Shown piece by piece: positions 46,231 to 57,800 of a stretch of 64,000 bases of DNA. A program made the position numbers and the translations under genes. The notes beneath the pieces are model-generated. The model had not been told where the DNA came from. It did no database searches and saw only the letters and a program-made list of their open reading frames with translations. Positions within the stretch are counted from its first letter, which is position 1. The number at the start of each line of letters is the position of its first letter. The DNA comes from Dudresnaya verticillata (taxonomy: Eukaryota): positions 2,542,001-2,606,000 of the forward strand of contig OZ374558.1 in NCBI GenBank assembly GCA_977862235.1, written 5' to 3'.

Positions 46231-48189
46231 CTCGAATCATTAGGGCAGCCCCCATCAACAGTTGCGCCCCGGAACAATCTGCTCTGCCATGAAGCCTGAC
46301 CCGGCACCGTCGAGCCGCCCGCCGATCCGTGCTACTCCTCCGCAGCAGCTCGAGGAGCCGTTGGTGGAGAAATCTGTGCAAGCACCCACGTTGACTCCCG
46401 TTCAGCAGATCCCCGCAGAACTTCCGATACCACTGCAGGGAGCAATTGGGGCAAGCCCCGCAGGTCCGCTCGTGAGTGCAATGGAGTCGTCGACGTCAGA
46501 AATGCCAAAGAATTCGCAGAATAATCTCGTTGGCGATGCTGAAGAAGCCTTGCCGTGCCCTACATGCTGTGAAACCACCAATTCTGGATGTCTGCAGAAC
46601 TGTGGGTTATGCAACCAAATGGAATGCAATCGATGCCGCAGGAAATGCCTCTCCGTCTGTTTAGATCTCGGAGGTTCTCTGAGTTTGTCGTATTAAGATG
46701 TTGTCGGATTGGTGACGTGCGCACCTCCAAACGAAGCTCCAGGCTCACCCAAGTGACTTTTGTCTTGGTGTCAAAGCCTATTCCGCGATAGCCCACTTGC
46801 TTGCAAACTGGAGTATTGCATTGCTGCTGGTTCCTGGAACAAGAAGGTCATCAAGTAGTATAGCGGGACTTCACGAATAACTGTAAGCCTTTTGTGCTCC
46901 TAGGAGATGAGTGTGCCGACGGTTGATGGCCTTCGCTTCTGCAGTTTCCGCTTGGGATTCTGTTGCAAGTACGGTAACCATCGAATAAAGTCCCCCCATC
47001 TCTTGCATCAATGTGTCTGTCTTGTCCGTCTGTTAGCAGCAAACTCAATAAAACGGCGACAAGTTCAAGTGGGAGTGATATTCCGGAGAGGCCAAGGGGA
47101 GCTAAATAGCAAACTCGAAAGGCCCAACCACTAATCCAGCACTAGCCAAGGTGTACGAAAGCACAGAAACTAAATGTTGCGATTCCCACAAATCCCGTGA
47201 AAACAACCCCGCCTATTTCGACTCACCTCATGCTAAGGGCATGTACTGAAGGGAATCAATTCCCCCGCTTATCTCTGAACTTCTGTAGCAATCGAGGAGA
47301 CCAGTCTCGAGGCGGCGGGGCATGGTGCGGTGGAGCATCGAAAGAGGAAAATGGTGGGGACAGAAGGATGCAGTGTTCACCTGTTCACGTAAAGGATCCG
47401 TTGCACTCACGCACTGAAACAAAACCCTTGTTTGATTCGAGGACAAGTAAGGGGGTCTGAACTTTGGCCAGACATACAATACAAACCCTGTAAGAGTCCA
47501 AACTCAATGCCGAATTCTTCGCAGGCTCCCCACAGTTCTGCGTTGTGTCTCGGACGATCTTGCTGAACAGGTCTCCAGCATAGTGCTGGGAGAGACCAAT
47601 ACCGCACGCGACTCCGCAGCTGCCTGAAATAGCAAAATTGTACGCAGCACTCTAGCCATGAAAGGTCCCCATCTTCATCTTCTTCTAGCCAGGAAAAATA
47701 AGGAAAAGGCAGCTGGACAGTTTTGTCTCTCGCGGGTGGCGAAGGCCGGAAATACGGGGGGCTTGCAGAGCTTGGCTCCCACGCGGAGTGCACACGCTCT
47801 CCATGCCTCCTGGCGCCTTACGCAACTCCCGTATTCCATGACGACTCGTCATTGCCGAGGGGCGCCCCCCATCCGCCTCGAACTGGGCCCGTTCCTGTCT
47901 CGGAGCACCTGGGCTCACAAGGAGGCTTGTCGTGTTAGAACCCTGGGGTAGCTGCTGCATGGTGACGGATGGCATGCGGCCTGGTCGCAGAGCGTCACCC
48001 TCAAGAGTACCGTCGAGCGGCGTCACATGGGGTTGTTTCAGGTTGCTCATTCGGCGCCAGGGCGAGCATGTATGCTCGCCCTGGCGCATGCTCGCATACG
48101 GCTACACATTACGATCAGCGCGAGTTGCGACCTGTTTTGGAGTTGGCGTATCACTTTTTGAGTGCGATTTGTTTCGGTGGTGTCGTGGA

Positions 48190-49225
48190 AGGTCAGGCAC
48201 AGCATCAAGAGCGAGCAGAGAAATTTTGAAATTGGCTACCGGGTCCCCCGTTTTCTTATGTTGGGTGGGAGGCCAACGCTGTTCGAAGTCTAGATTTTGA
48301 TTGCAATGCGTTCTAGGGAAGTAGGACTGATTCCCTAGATCTTCTTCTATTGCGACACATATACGGTATTGAGAATAAGGGACCACGGCAGGGGGACTTA
48401 GCGTGTTCAATGCTAGAAGACATCTTCTACATGGATATAGCCGAGAGCAAATTTCGAGAAAAAGGATAGGGTAGCGACCTCATCAATCAAGGGGATGAGA
48501 GTGGGGCTTGGGAGAACGTTGTATTTACGTTGAGATGTCAATTGGGTAAAACGCATACCGCGACGCTAGCAAAACTCTTTCAGAAGATGCGTTAGTCTAA
48601 AGCGAGAGCATGCCACAACGACGGTGTTGGGAAAACGCATGAACCGCAAATCAAACCGAGGGAATGCTCCGTAGTATGCTGCGGTTTCGAAGGCAGAAGG
48701 AACATGACTAAAGATTAGGAGAGCTGGAGATTACTTACTGCCAGTTGGTGCATAACGCACACACACGCACAATCCGAAGAGTGTCAGCTATGACAACTTG
48801 AAGGTGGCTGAGGCTGGGTCTAACAAGACGCAATTGGCGGCGACGGGTGTCACGGAGGGGAGGTTCGCTGGGATGATGGGATGATGCTGTGTTAGGAATG
48901 CGGGCCTCGGAAGAACGGCAGCCGGAGTTCTGGGAGGGGCTGACTGGGCAAGCACGGGCTTGCGGGTTGGATGTGCTTTTCCGTTGACGCGACTCGAGCG
49001 TGAGATTGGTGGAAGCGGTGGAAACTGGTGATGGATTGCTGGTGGGGCAGAGTAAAAGGTAGGTTAAGCCTGGTCGACACGGATGTGGCTGGCGCAACAG
49101 CGTTCACGCGAAGAGGCACGCGCGCGCATGTCGCAGAGTATGGGATGTCGAGGACGTTGGAGGAGTGGCTCAAGTGATGGTAAACACTGGGTCGTTTCGA
49201 GGGTCAATCGGGCTGGGCTGAGATG
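48190..49225 (+). repeat. Degenerate dispersed repeat, copy 3 (more diverged)
   Basis: GTAGGACTGATTCCCTA, TGCTAGAAGACAT and CTGGGTCGTTTCGAGGGT blocks. Confidence 0.6.
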
Positions 49226-51486
49226 GTGGCGTTTACAGGTTACTTACTCTGAGGGTTGGCGGGTTGTGGTGTGAAGGTTTGGCAAGGATGAGCAACGTGT
49301 GTTGAACAAGCTTTGCTCGGGATCACTTGCGAGGCTCAATCGTGTGGTAAGTCGCTCTCCTCGATAAGGCATCAAAGCCTAAAAGGCGTTCACACTCAAC
49401 TGTGGCACGGCCGCTCTGAGCGCGATACTGTACATAATGTGCCGCTGCATATATTGCACAAACACGACTGTGGAGTGGTTTTCTTCTAGAGCAACAACAT
49501 TTCCCGGTATGCACCGAAAAGTAAATTGAAAAAACGCATTGAATTGTGTTGCAGCACCGGCGGAGTGTTACGAGATTCTGGAGTTTCTGGAGAGCCCTCT
49601 GGATGGCTCTAGATGCCACGTGTAGCCGTCTCTTAGGTCACCTCCAGAAGGCCCACGTCGCGAGTGGCCATGCAATAAGTCTTCCTTCTGCTCCCCACAC
49701 CAATGACCCCGGGCTGTAATTCTTATCTTACAGTATCACTGTAAGAAAGACATTACAGCATTAATAGTAACAGTAATTCTGGCGCCCCACGCGAACAATT
49801 ACATTGCCCACCGCAATTCACCCTCCCCGAATGTAATTGCACGGATTCACCCTGAGCTCCGCCGCTCTCAAACCACAAGCACAACCCGACGCCTCCCAAC
49901 CTCCACGCGCAGCTCGCGTGCACACCGTACCCGGCTCCCCGCCCACCGCCCGGCTCCCGCACCCCTCCCCCGCCCCGCGCCCACAATGAAGAATCGCCGC
50001 GTGCGGCGCAAGTCCACCGCGGACTGCCAAGCCCACAGCTCGCCGCGCGGCCGTGGAGCGCTTGCGCTGCGAGCAACCTGCCGCCTTCTCGCCACTTGAA
50101 CTAACCGCATTCGGGTCAAGCCCCACCTTCTCCCGCCCGCTCACTCGACGCGACAACATTCCCTACTGCCTGCGTCGCGCTCCGCAGCCCGCGCTCCACG
50201 CAAACTGCCTGCTTTGTCGACCGCACGCGCTGCCTGGTCCCGACCCCGAACGCCTGCCAAGCGTGGGCCCGGGCGCCTGGGCATGCGCTGCATTCCGACA
50301 AGCGCCGCCGTCCGCCCCCTCGCCTCGCTGCGTCAGCGTCAAGCGCTGCCGCTCCGCTTCCCCACTGCAACTGCAATGTACTGCAGCAATTCGCCCGCCT
50401 GGTACCGAAGGCGCGCCGGGCATCTCTGGCGTAGGCATGCGACCATTGCATTACCGTCACGTATCCCCTCTTTTACTCACACGGCAACGGATGTCAATTC
50501 AAGTCTGTTCCAAGTATGCTTTGCGCCTTGTGCAGCACTGCGGCTGGCTCGGCCTACGTGCGCATCGTGCGCATCACCATCTCGCCACCCGGCGCGCCTC
50601 CGACGGTCAACACAACCAGGAGAATGCACATCCCCTTCTGCTGCCCGCATGCGTCACGCAAGTGGAGAAGCTACTGGCAGTCCAGGTTGCTACAATCACT
50701 TCAGTTCTGCGGAGTAACGGGGTGCATGTATCGCCCCGTCGCGGCGTAGCGATCAAGAATCACCACGTTGGCTTTGGCGGGAGCGAACAGCCAAGTCTTT
50801 GCATCGGGTGATTTGCACTCTGCGGTGCGCTGAAGCTCAACTGCCCACGTACTGGTCGGCATGCCGATACCGCGCGTACGTCCGTGAATCAACTCACCGT
50901 GGAAGATGCATCAATGCCCGCTGGTTGCACTAGGGACGCGAATGGAGAAGCTACTGACATGCCCAAGTTGCAGCAGAAGTCAGATTTACCGAGGGCGAAT
51001 TGTGCCGGCAGTTGTTCATTTCCCGTCAGGCATCATCTACGTACCTCGGACGAGCACGGCAGGTGAAGTCTTTGTTCCGTCCATGCTGACACGTCAAGTT
51101 ACCACAATCAGGGCATTTCCGCCGAGAGCGACAATGTACAGACAGTCAGGGTTATCAGGCGTCACACCATCACGACGACAAGTGAAGTCTAATGACTTCA
51201 GCTATCCTCGCAACGCATGCACGGGGGCTCATGTGTCGCATGCGCCTCAACCTTCCGACACAGAGTGCTCCGCCTTGAATCGATACAACCGATAATGCAC
51301 ATCATCATCTCCTGCGTGCATCAATGACGCAGAGGGAGAAGCTGCTGACACGCTGTGTCGCTATAGTCAATGCAATTCAGGGTTCTGAGACGGCTCGGCA
51401 CGCGGAACCGACACAACGAGGAATGCACCTACCGAGACCGCAGTCGCCCTCGTCTTGCGATCGAATCGACGCCTCCACGACAATAG

Positions 51487-51493
51487 TATAAAT
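51487..51493 (+). promoter_or_regulatory. TATA box of array copy 1; equivalents at 54556, 57658, 60754 and 63850
   Basis: TATAAAT or TATAAAG about 140 nt before the ATG, conserved between diverged promoters. Confidence 0.7.
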
Positions 51494-51626
51494 ACCCTCC
51501 TCGCCGGCGCTGACAACAACATCTTCCTACATCCTTGAGCAACACGAAGTGACATCATCATCCATACAAGAATCCCGGCAACGCTAATCGCCGTCTCTCT
51601 TACTGCGTTACCCCAGCTAACACGCT

Positions 51627-53483
51627 ATGAGTCGGCGCTTTGCCTGGGCGGTTCTGCCGTTCACACTGGTGCTGCTACTGCAGTTCTTGCAACTAGCCAA
51701 CGCCGGTGATGCGGTCGCCAATGTTGAAGCTGTGCGTGCTGGTGTTCAAGTAGATGTCGGTGCCGGTGGTGGTAAGCCGAACACAAACAAGGAGGCTTCC
51801 GAAAACCCAAATGTGGCTTCCGTCCATCTCCACAACGAGGGAGGCGATGAAGAGCCTGTCGTCGACGAGGGCGATGAGGAAGAAGATGAGCTGGAAGAGA
51901 AGATGATCGGCGACGTGGAACACCTTGAAGAGGATGAGGATGAAGACGTCGAGGACGATGAGGAAGATGAGATCGAGGGTGTGTTGCAAGATGGAGAAGG
52001 CAGTTTAGAAGAAGTTGCCGACCGTGAGGATGACGACGACGAATTGTCTGAAGATTCTGTGGACGAGGAGGACGTTGATGATCTCCTTGATGATGAGAGT
52101 GTGCATAATGACGAGGATACGCTGGCCGAAGAGATCGACACTGGCCTCATGGAAGAGGATAGCGAGGAAGGCGGAGAAGAGAAGCCGGATATTGTGGACG
52201 AATCTTCGAAAGGATGGAGGGGATGGCGCCGAGAGTGCCGGAGGTGCCATTTCTCGTCACAATGCAGGCGCGGTCTGAAGTGCTGGCGTAGGAAATGTGT
52301 GATCAACAATGCGAGGTTAAGGTTGCGTTGCTTCCGAAACCACTGCCAGCGGTGTTCCAGGACGCATCACTGCCGACCCGGGCTCACGTGCCGGTGGGGA
52401 AAGTGTATTGTCAACAAGCCCGGCCATTCGCATCGCTGCTTCCGCCCTCCCCCGCGTCCAAGGAGCTACTATAAGGCTGACTGCGTACGGTGTTCGGCGA
52501 GTAACGAGTGCAGGAGCCGACGTTGTTTCCGGGCCGGAACGAGGTGGGCGCGTTGTGCGAGAGACGTCTGGTGGTACAGAAAGTGCTTTCTGAAGAAGGA
52601 GTGCGCACCGTGCAAGTTGAGCAAGGAGTGTAAGAGTGGAAAGTGCTGGAAAAAGCGTTGTGTGAATGTGAGGAAGGTGCGCGGTAGGAAGATTACGGAT
52701 CCTACTTCACTGCGCAAGTGCTTTGGGCAGGTGGGCAAGTGTGGATTCTGCAAGTCCACGCGGGACTGCAAGGGGAAGCTGGTGTGCAAAGCAGGGACGG
52801 GGCGTTCGAAGCGGGCAAGGTGCGCAGAGCCGATGGGTGAAGGTAAGCGTTGTCATGATCCGTGCTGGGCATGCAAGAGGGGCCTTAGGTGTAATGGGAA
52901 GACATGCGAGCGCCCGCGAGTGCCGTTTTGTGGAAAGTGCCGACGTACTAAGGACTGCTCGTCTGGGATGGTGTGCAAATTCGCGAGGAGGGGTGACCCG
53001 TGGGGACGTTGCGCGAAGCGTATGGATGTCGGTAAGAGCTGTCGTGACCTGTGCTGGGCGTGCAAGGGCGGGCTGTTTTGTAAGAATGGCAAGGTCTGCA
53101 GCAAGCGTGGAGAGAAATGTGCGTGGTGCTCGAAGCACTGGCATTGCAAGCAGGGTCTTCGTTGCAAGAAGAAGCCCGGAGCTAAGGAAGGGAAGTGTGC
53201 GCAGCCGCGGGGCGAGGGGTCTCCTTGCCATGATGACTGCTGGACGTGTAAACACAGGCTGGAGTGCAGGAACGGCAAGGTATGCAAGCCACCGCGCAAG
53301 GGCCAGTGCGGACATTGCAAGGTTGATGACGACTGCAAGGGGAAGCTTGTTTGCAAGGTGAAGGGTAAATTTGGGAAGTGTGCGAAGCCGAACGGTGTTG
53401 GTAAGCCGTGTCGTGATCCGTGCTGGGCGTGTGAGAAACACCTTGTGTGCAACAAGTGGGGCAAGTGTGCGTACCCGTATTAG
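51627..53483 (+). CDS. Secreted acidic/cysteine-rich cationic repeat protein, copy 1
   Basis: Hydrophobic signal peptide (..ANA/GD), D/E tract, 64 Cys in 8 modules; intronless. Confidence 0.92.
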   Translation: MSRRFAWAVLPFTLVLLLQFLQLANAGDAVANVEAVRAGVQVDVGAGGGKPNTNKEASENPNVASVHLHNEGGDEEPVVDEGDEEEDELEEKMIGDVEHLEEDEDEDVEDDEEDEIEGVLQDGEGSLEEVADREDDDDELSEDSVDEEDVDDLLDDESVHNDEDTLAEEIDTGLMEEDSEEGGEEKPDIVDESSKGWRGWRRECRRCHFSSQCRRGLKCWRRKCVINNARLRLRCFRNHCQRCSRTHHCRPGLTCRWGKCIVNKPGHSHRCFRPPPRPRSYYKADCVRCSASNECRSRRCFRAGTRWARCARDVWWYRKCFLKKECAPCKLSKECKSGKCWKKRCVNVRKVRGRKITDPTSLRKCFGQVGKCGFCKSTRDCKGKLVCKAGTGRSKRARCAEPMGEGKRCHDPCWACKRGLRCNGKTCERPRVPFCGKCRRTKDCSSGMVCKFARRGDPWGRCAKRMDVGKSCRDLCWACKGGLFCKNGKVCSKRGEKCAWCSKHWHCKQGLRCKKKPGAKEGKCAQPRGEGSPCHDDCWTCKHRLECRNGKVCKPPRKGQCGHCKVDDDCKGKLVCKVKGKFGKCAKPNGVGKPCRDPCWACEKHLVCNKWGKCAYPY

Positions 53484-53706
53484 GTAATGAATCGGGTTGC
53501 GAGAGATAGGGGAAGGTAATTTGTTTACGAGATGCTTCACTGCTAGGAACCTTGTGTGAGCATGGAGTGAGCGAATCTGATATACCTTGCGCACTATTAG
53601 AAATGAGGGCTACCTGGTCTGTTAGAAGACGGGTTTGAGCAGACATTGCAGCGTTTGCAAACGCCTAGTCTTGATAAAGAAACTTCAGTACGCAGCGTGT
53701 ACGCAG

Positions 53707-53710
<4 letters not shown>

Positions 53711-53740
<30 letters not shown>
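53711..53740. repeat. (GA)15 microsatellite
   Basis: Read directly. Confidence 0.95.
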
Positions 53741-53744
<4 letters not shown>

Positions 53745-54698
53745 AGAGAAAGCGGATCTCGTGTTTTGTCAACGGAGCTCAATTTGTTAAACGGGCAATA
53801 GGCGTTTATGCAGAGGAAAGACTACATTACATACGTGTTAAGCGGAAAGACCGGAGGGTCAACGCGTCGGCACGAATCGGAGCTTCGGGCTGCTCAGTCA
53901 GACTTTGGCCAAATCATTCAATGCAACGTACTGCAACGAAGCACTATGGTGCGCCTGTTCATTTTCGTAAAGTCTCTCGCAAGCTTGTTTTGAGATGAGC
54001 AGTTCCGCTCACCGTAGCTCGCCTCAAAAGTCGATAACGAGCGATCTCGCCCGGAGTCAAGAAGACCAGGGCCAGGAATGAGCATCATCACCCCTGGCGC
54101 ACATGAGCGATGCGAGGAGAGAAGCTGCTGACACGCCAAGTTCCTACAATCAATTTATTTTCGTAAGGGTGCGGTTGTGCGGACAGTCGTTGCATTGCTA
54201 TCAAACATCACCTCTTTACCTCGGCCCACAGCCATAAAGACAAAGGCCGTGCCACCAGTCGTTGTCTCCCAATAGTGCAATGGAGCTGAATTGCACTGCG
54301 TACGCCTCAAGCTCGCTGACACGGATCGCTTCTTAGTGAATCGATGCGACCAGGAATGGCCTTTGCCGCGCCAGCACCGGTCAAAGATGGCACAAATGAG
54401 GACGCTATCGATTCGTCATGTCATGTACAGTCAATGCAATTCAGGGCTGGCTCCGAGGAGGCATCTGGACGCGGAATCGACACGACTTGGAATGCAACTG
54501 CCGGCGCCGCAGTCGCCCTCATCTTGATATCGAAGTGACGCCTCCGCGAGAAGGGTATAAAGACTGGTCCTCTCCGAGCCGTAACCACAACGTCTTCCCC
54601 GCAAGCGCGCAAAGCAACGCGAAGCAATCGCCGCGAAACAAATTCGCAGCAGCTCACCGGCATATTGCTTCTACCTCATCTCGCTGATCTCAAACACG

Positions 54699-56555
54699 AT
54701 GAGTCGGCGCTTTGCCTGGGCGGTTCTGCCGTTCACACTGGTGCTGCTACTGCAGTTCTTGCAACTAGCCAACGCCGGTGATGCGGTCGCCAATGTTGAA
54801 GCTGTGCGTGCTGGTGTTCAAGTAGATGTCGGTGCCGGTGGTGGTAAGCCGAACACAAACAAGGAGGCTTCCGAAAACCCAAATGTGGCTTCCGTCCATC
54901 TCCACAACGAGGGAGGCGATGAAGAGCCTGTCGTCGACGAGGGCGATGAGGAAGAAGATGAGCTGGAAGAGAAGATGATCGGCGACGTGGAACACCTTGA
55001 AGAGGATGAGGATGAAGACGTCGAGGACGATGAGGAAGATGAGATCGAGGGTGTGTTGCAAGATGGAGAAGGCAGTTTAGAAGAAGTTGCCGACCGTGAG
55101 GATGACGACGACGAATTGTCTGAAGATTCTGTGGACGAGGAGGACGTTGATGATCTCCTTGATGATGAGAGTGTGCATAATGACGAGGATACGCTGGCCG
55201 AAGAGATCGACACTGGCCTCATGGAAGAGGATAGCGAGGAAGGCGGAGAAGAGAAGCCGGATATTGTGGACGAATCTTCGAAAGGATGGAGGGGATGGCG
55301 CCGAGAGTGCCGGAGGTGCCATTTCTCGTCACAATGCAGGCGCGGTCTGAAGTGCTGGCGTAGGAAATGTGTGATCAACAATGCGAGGTTAAGGTTGCGT
55401 TGCTTCCGAAACCACTGCCAGCGGTGTTCCAGGACGCATCACTGCCGACCCGGGCTCACGTGCCGGTGGGGAAAGTGTATTGTCAACAAGCCCGGCCATT
55501 CGCATCGCTGCTTCCGCCCTCCCCCGCGTCCAAGGAGCTACTATAAGGCTGACTGCGTACGGTGTTCGGCGAGTAACGAGTGCAGGAGCCGACGTTGTTT
55601 CCGGGCCGGAACGAGGTGGGCGCGTTGTGCGAGAGACGTCTGGTGGTACAGAAAGTGCTTTCTGAAGAAGGAGTGCGCACCGTGCAAGTTGAGCAAGGAG
55701 TGTAAGAGTGGAAAGTGCTGGAAAAAGCGTTGTGTGAATGTGAGGAAGGTGCGCGGTAGGAAGATTACGGATCCTACTTCACTGCGCAAGTGCTTTGGGC
55801 AGGTGGGCAAGTGTGGATTCTGCAAGTCCACGCGGGACTGCAAGGGGAAGCTGGTGTGCAAAGCAGGGACGGGGCGTTCGAAGCGGGCAAGGTGCGCAGA
55901 GCCGATGGGTGAAGGTAAGCGTTGTCATGATCCGTGCTGGGCATGCAAGAGGGGTCTTAGGTGTAATGGGAAGACATGCGAGCGCCCGCGAGTGCCGTTT
56001 TGTGGAAAGTGCCGACGTACTAAGGACTGCTCGTCTGGGATGGTGTGCAAATTCGCGAGGAGGGGTGACCCGTGGGGACGTTGCGCGAAGCGTATGGATG
56101 TCGGTAAGAGCTGTCGTGACCTGTGCTGGGCGTGCAAGGGCGGGCTGTTTTGTAAGAATGGCAAGGTCTGCAGCAAGCGTGGAGAGAAATGTGCGTGGTG
56201 CTCGAAGCACTGGCATTGCAAGCAGGGTCTTCGTTGCAAGAAGAAGCCCGGAGCTAAGGAAGGGAAGTGTGCGCAGCCGCGGGGCGAGGGGTCTCCTTGC
56301 CATGATGACTGCTGGACGTGTAAACACAGGCTGGAGTGCAGGAACGGCAAGGTATGCAAGCCACCGCGCAAGGGCCAGTGCGGACATTGCAAGGTTGATG
56401 ACGACTGCAAGGGGAAGCTTGTTTGCAAGGTGAAGGGTAAATTTGGGAAGTGTGCGAAGCCGAACGGTGTTGGTAAGCCGTGTCGTGATCCGTGCTGGGC
56501 GTGTGAGAAACACCTTGTGTGCAACAAGTGGGGCAAGTGTGCGTACCCGTATTAG
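54699..56555 (+). CDS. Cys-rich secreted protein, copy 2
   Basis: Identical 618-aa translation. Confidence 0.92.
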   Translation: MSRRFAWAVLPFTLVLLLQFLQLANAGDAVANVEAVRAGVQVDVGAGGGKPNTNKEASENPNVASVHLHNEGGDEEPVVDEGDEEEDELEEKMIGDVEHLEEDEDEDVEDDEEDEIEGVLQDGEGSLEEVADREDDDDELSEDSVDEEDVDDLLDDESVHNDEDTLAEEIDTGLMEEDSEEGGEEKPDIVDESSKGWRGWRRECRRCHFSSQCRRGLKCWRRKCVINNARLRLRCFRNHCQRCSRTHHCRPGLTCRWGKCIVNKPGHSHRCFRPPPRPRSYYKADCVRCSASNECRSRRCFRAGTRWARCARDVWWYRKCFLKKECAPCKLSKECKSGKCWKKRCVNVRKVRGRKITDPTSLRKCFGQVGKCGFCKSTRDCKGKLVCKAGTGRSKRARCAEPMGEGKRCHDPCWACKRGLRCNGKTCERPRVPFCGKCRRTKDCSSGMVCKFARRGDPWGRCAKRMDVGKSCRDLCWACKGGLFCKNGKVCSKRGEKCAWCSKHWHCKQGLRCKKKPGAKEGKCAQPRGEGSPCHDDCWTCKHRLECRNGKVCKPPRKGQCGHCKVDDDCKGKLVCKVKGKFGKCAKPNGVGKPCRDPCWACEKHLVCNKWGKCAYPY

Positions 56556-56778
56556 GTAATGAATCGGGTTGCGAGAGATAGGGGAAGGTAATTTGTTTAC
56601 GAGATGCTTCACTGCTAGGAACCTTGTGTGAGCATGGAGTGAGCGAATCTGATATACCTTGCGCACTATTAGAAATGAGGGCTACCTGGTCTGTTAGAAG
56701 ACGGGTTTGAGCAGACATTGCAGCGTTTGCAAACGCCTAGTCTTGATAAAGAAACTTCAGTACGCAGCGTGTACGCAG

Positions 56779-56782
<4 letters not shown>

Positions 56783-56842
<60 letters not shown>
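56783..56842. repeat. (GA)30 microsatellite
   Basis: Read directly; explains the unit period. Confidence 0.95.
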
Positions 56843-56846
<4 letters not shown>

Positions 56847-57800
56847 AGAGAAAGCGGATCTCGTGTTTTGTCAACGGAGCTCAATTTGTTAAACGGGCAA
56901 TAGGCGTTTATGCAGAGGAAAGACTACATTACATACGTGTTAAGCGGAAAGACCGGAGGGTCAACGCGTCGGCACGAATCGGAGCTTCGGGCTGCTCAGT
57001 CAGACTTTGGCCAAATCATTCAATGCAACGTACTGCAACGAAGCACTATGGTGCGCCTGTTCATTTTCGTAAAGTCTCTCGCAAGCTTGTTTTGAGATGA
57101 GCAGTTCCGCTCACCGTAGCTCGCCTCAAAAGTCGATAACGAGCGATCTCGCCCGGAGTCAAGAAGACCAGGGCCAGGAATGAGCATCATCACCCCTGGC
57201 GCACATGAGCGATGCGAGGAGAGAAGCTGCTGACACGCCAAGTTCCTACAATCAATTTATTTTCGTAAGGGTGCGGTTGTGCGGACAGTCGTTGCATTGC
57301 TATCAAACATCACCTCTTTACCTCGGCCCACAGCCATAAAGACAAAGGCCGTGCCACCAGTCGTTGTCTCCCAATAGTGCAATGGAGCTGAATTGCACTG
57401 CGTACGCCTCAAGCTCGCTGACACGGATCGCTTCTTAGTGAATCGATGCGACCAGGAATGGCCTTTGCCGCGCCAGCACCGGTCAAAGATGGCACAAATG
57501 AGGACGCTATCGATTCGTCATGTCATGTACAGTCAATGCAATTCAGGGCTGGCTCCGAGGAGGCATCTGGACGCGGAATCGACACGACTTGGAATGCAAC
57601 TGCCGGCGCCGCAGTCGCCCTCATCTTGATATCGAAGTGACGCCTCCGCGAGAAGGGTATAAAGACTGGTCCTCTCCGAGCCGTAACCACAACGTCTTCC
57701 CCGCAAGCGCGCAAAGCAACGCGAAGCAATCGCCGCGAAACAAATTCGCAGCAGCTCACCGGCATATTGCTTCTACCTCATCTCGCTGATCTCAAACACG

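Noticed and set aside
46262..46696. Cys-cluster ORF (CPTCC..CGLC..CNRC) as a zinc-finger gene
   Set aside because: Short, Cys spacing not assignable to a family, and embedded in degenerate repeats.
50053..50811. 252-aa ORF as a gene
   Set aside because: GTG start in a GC-rich stretch with overlapping ORFs in many frames and no motif.
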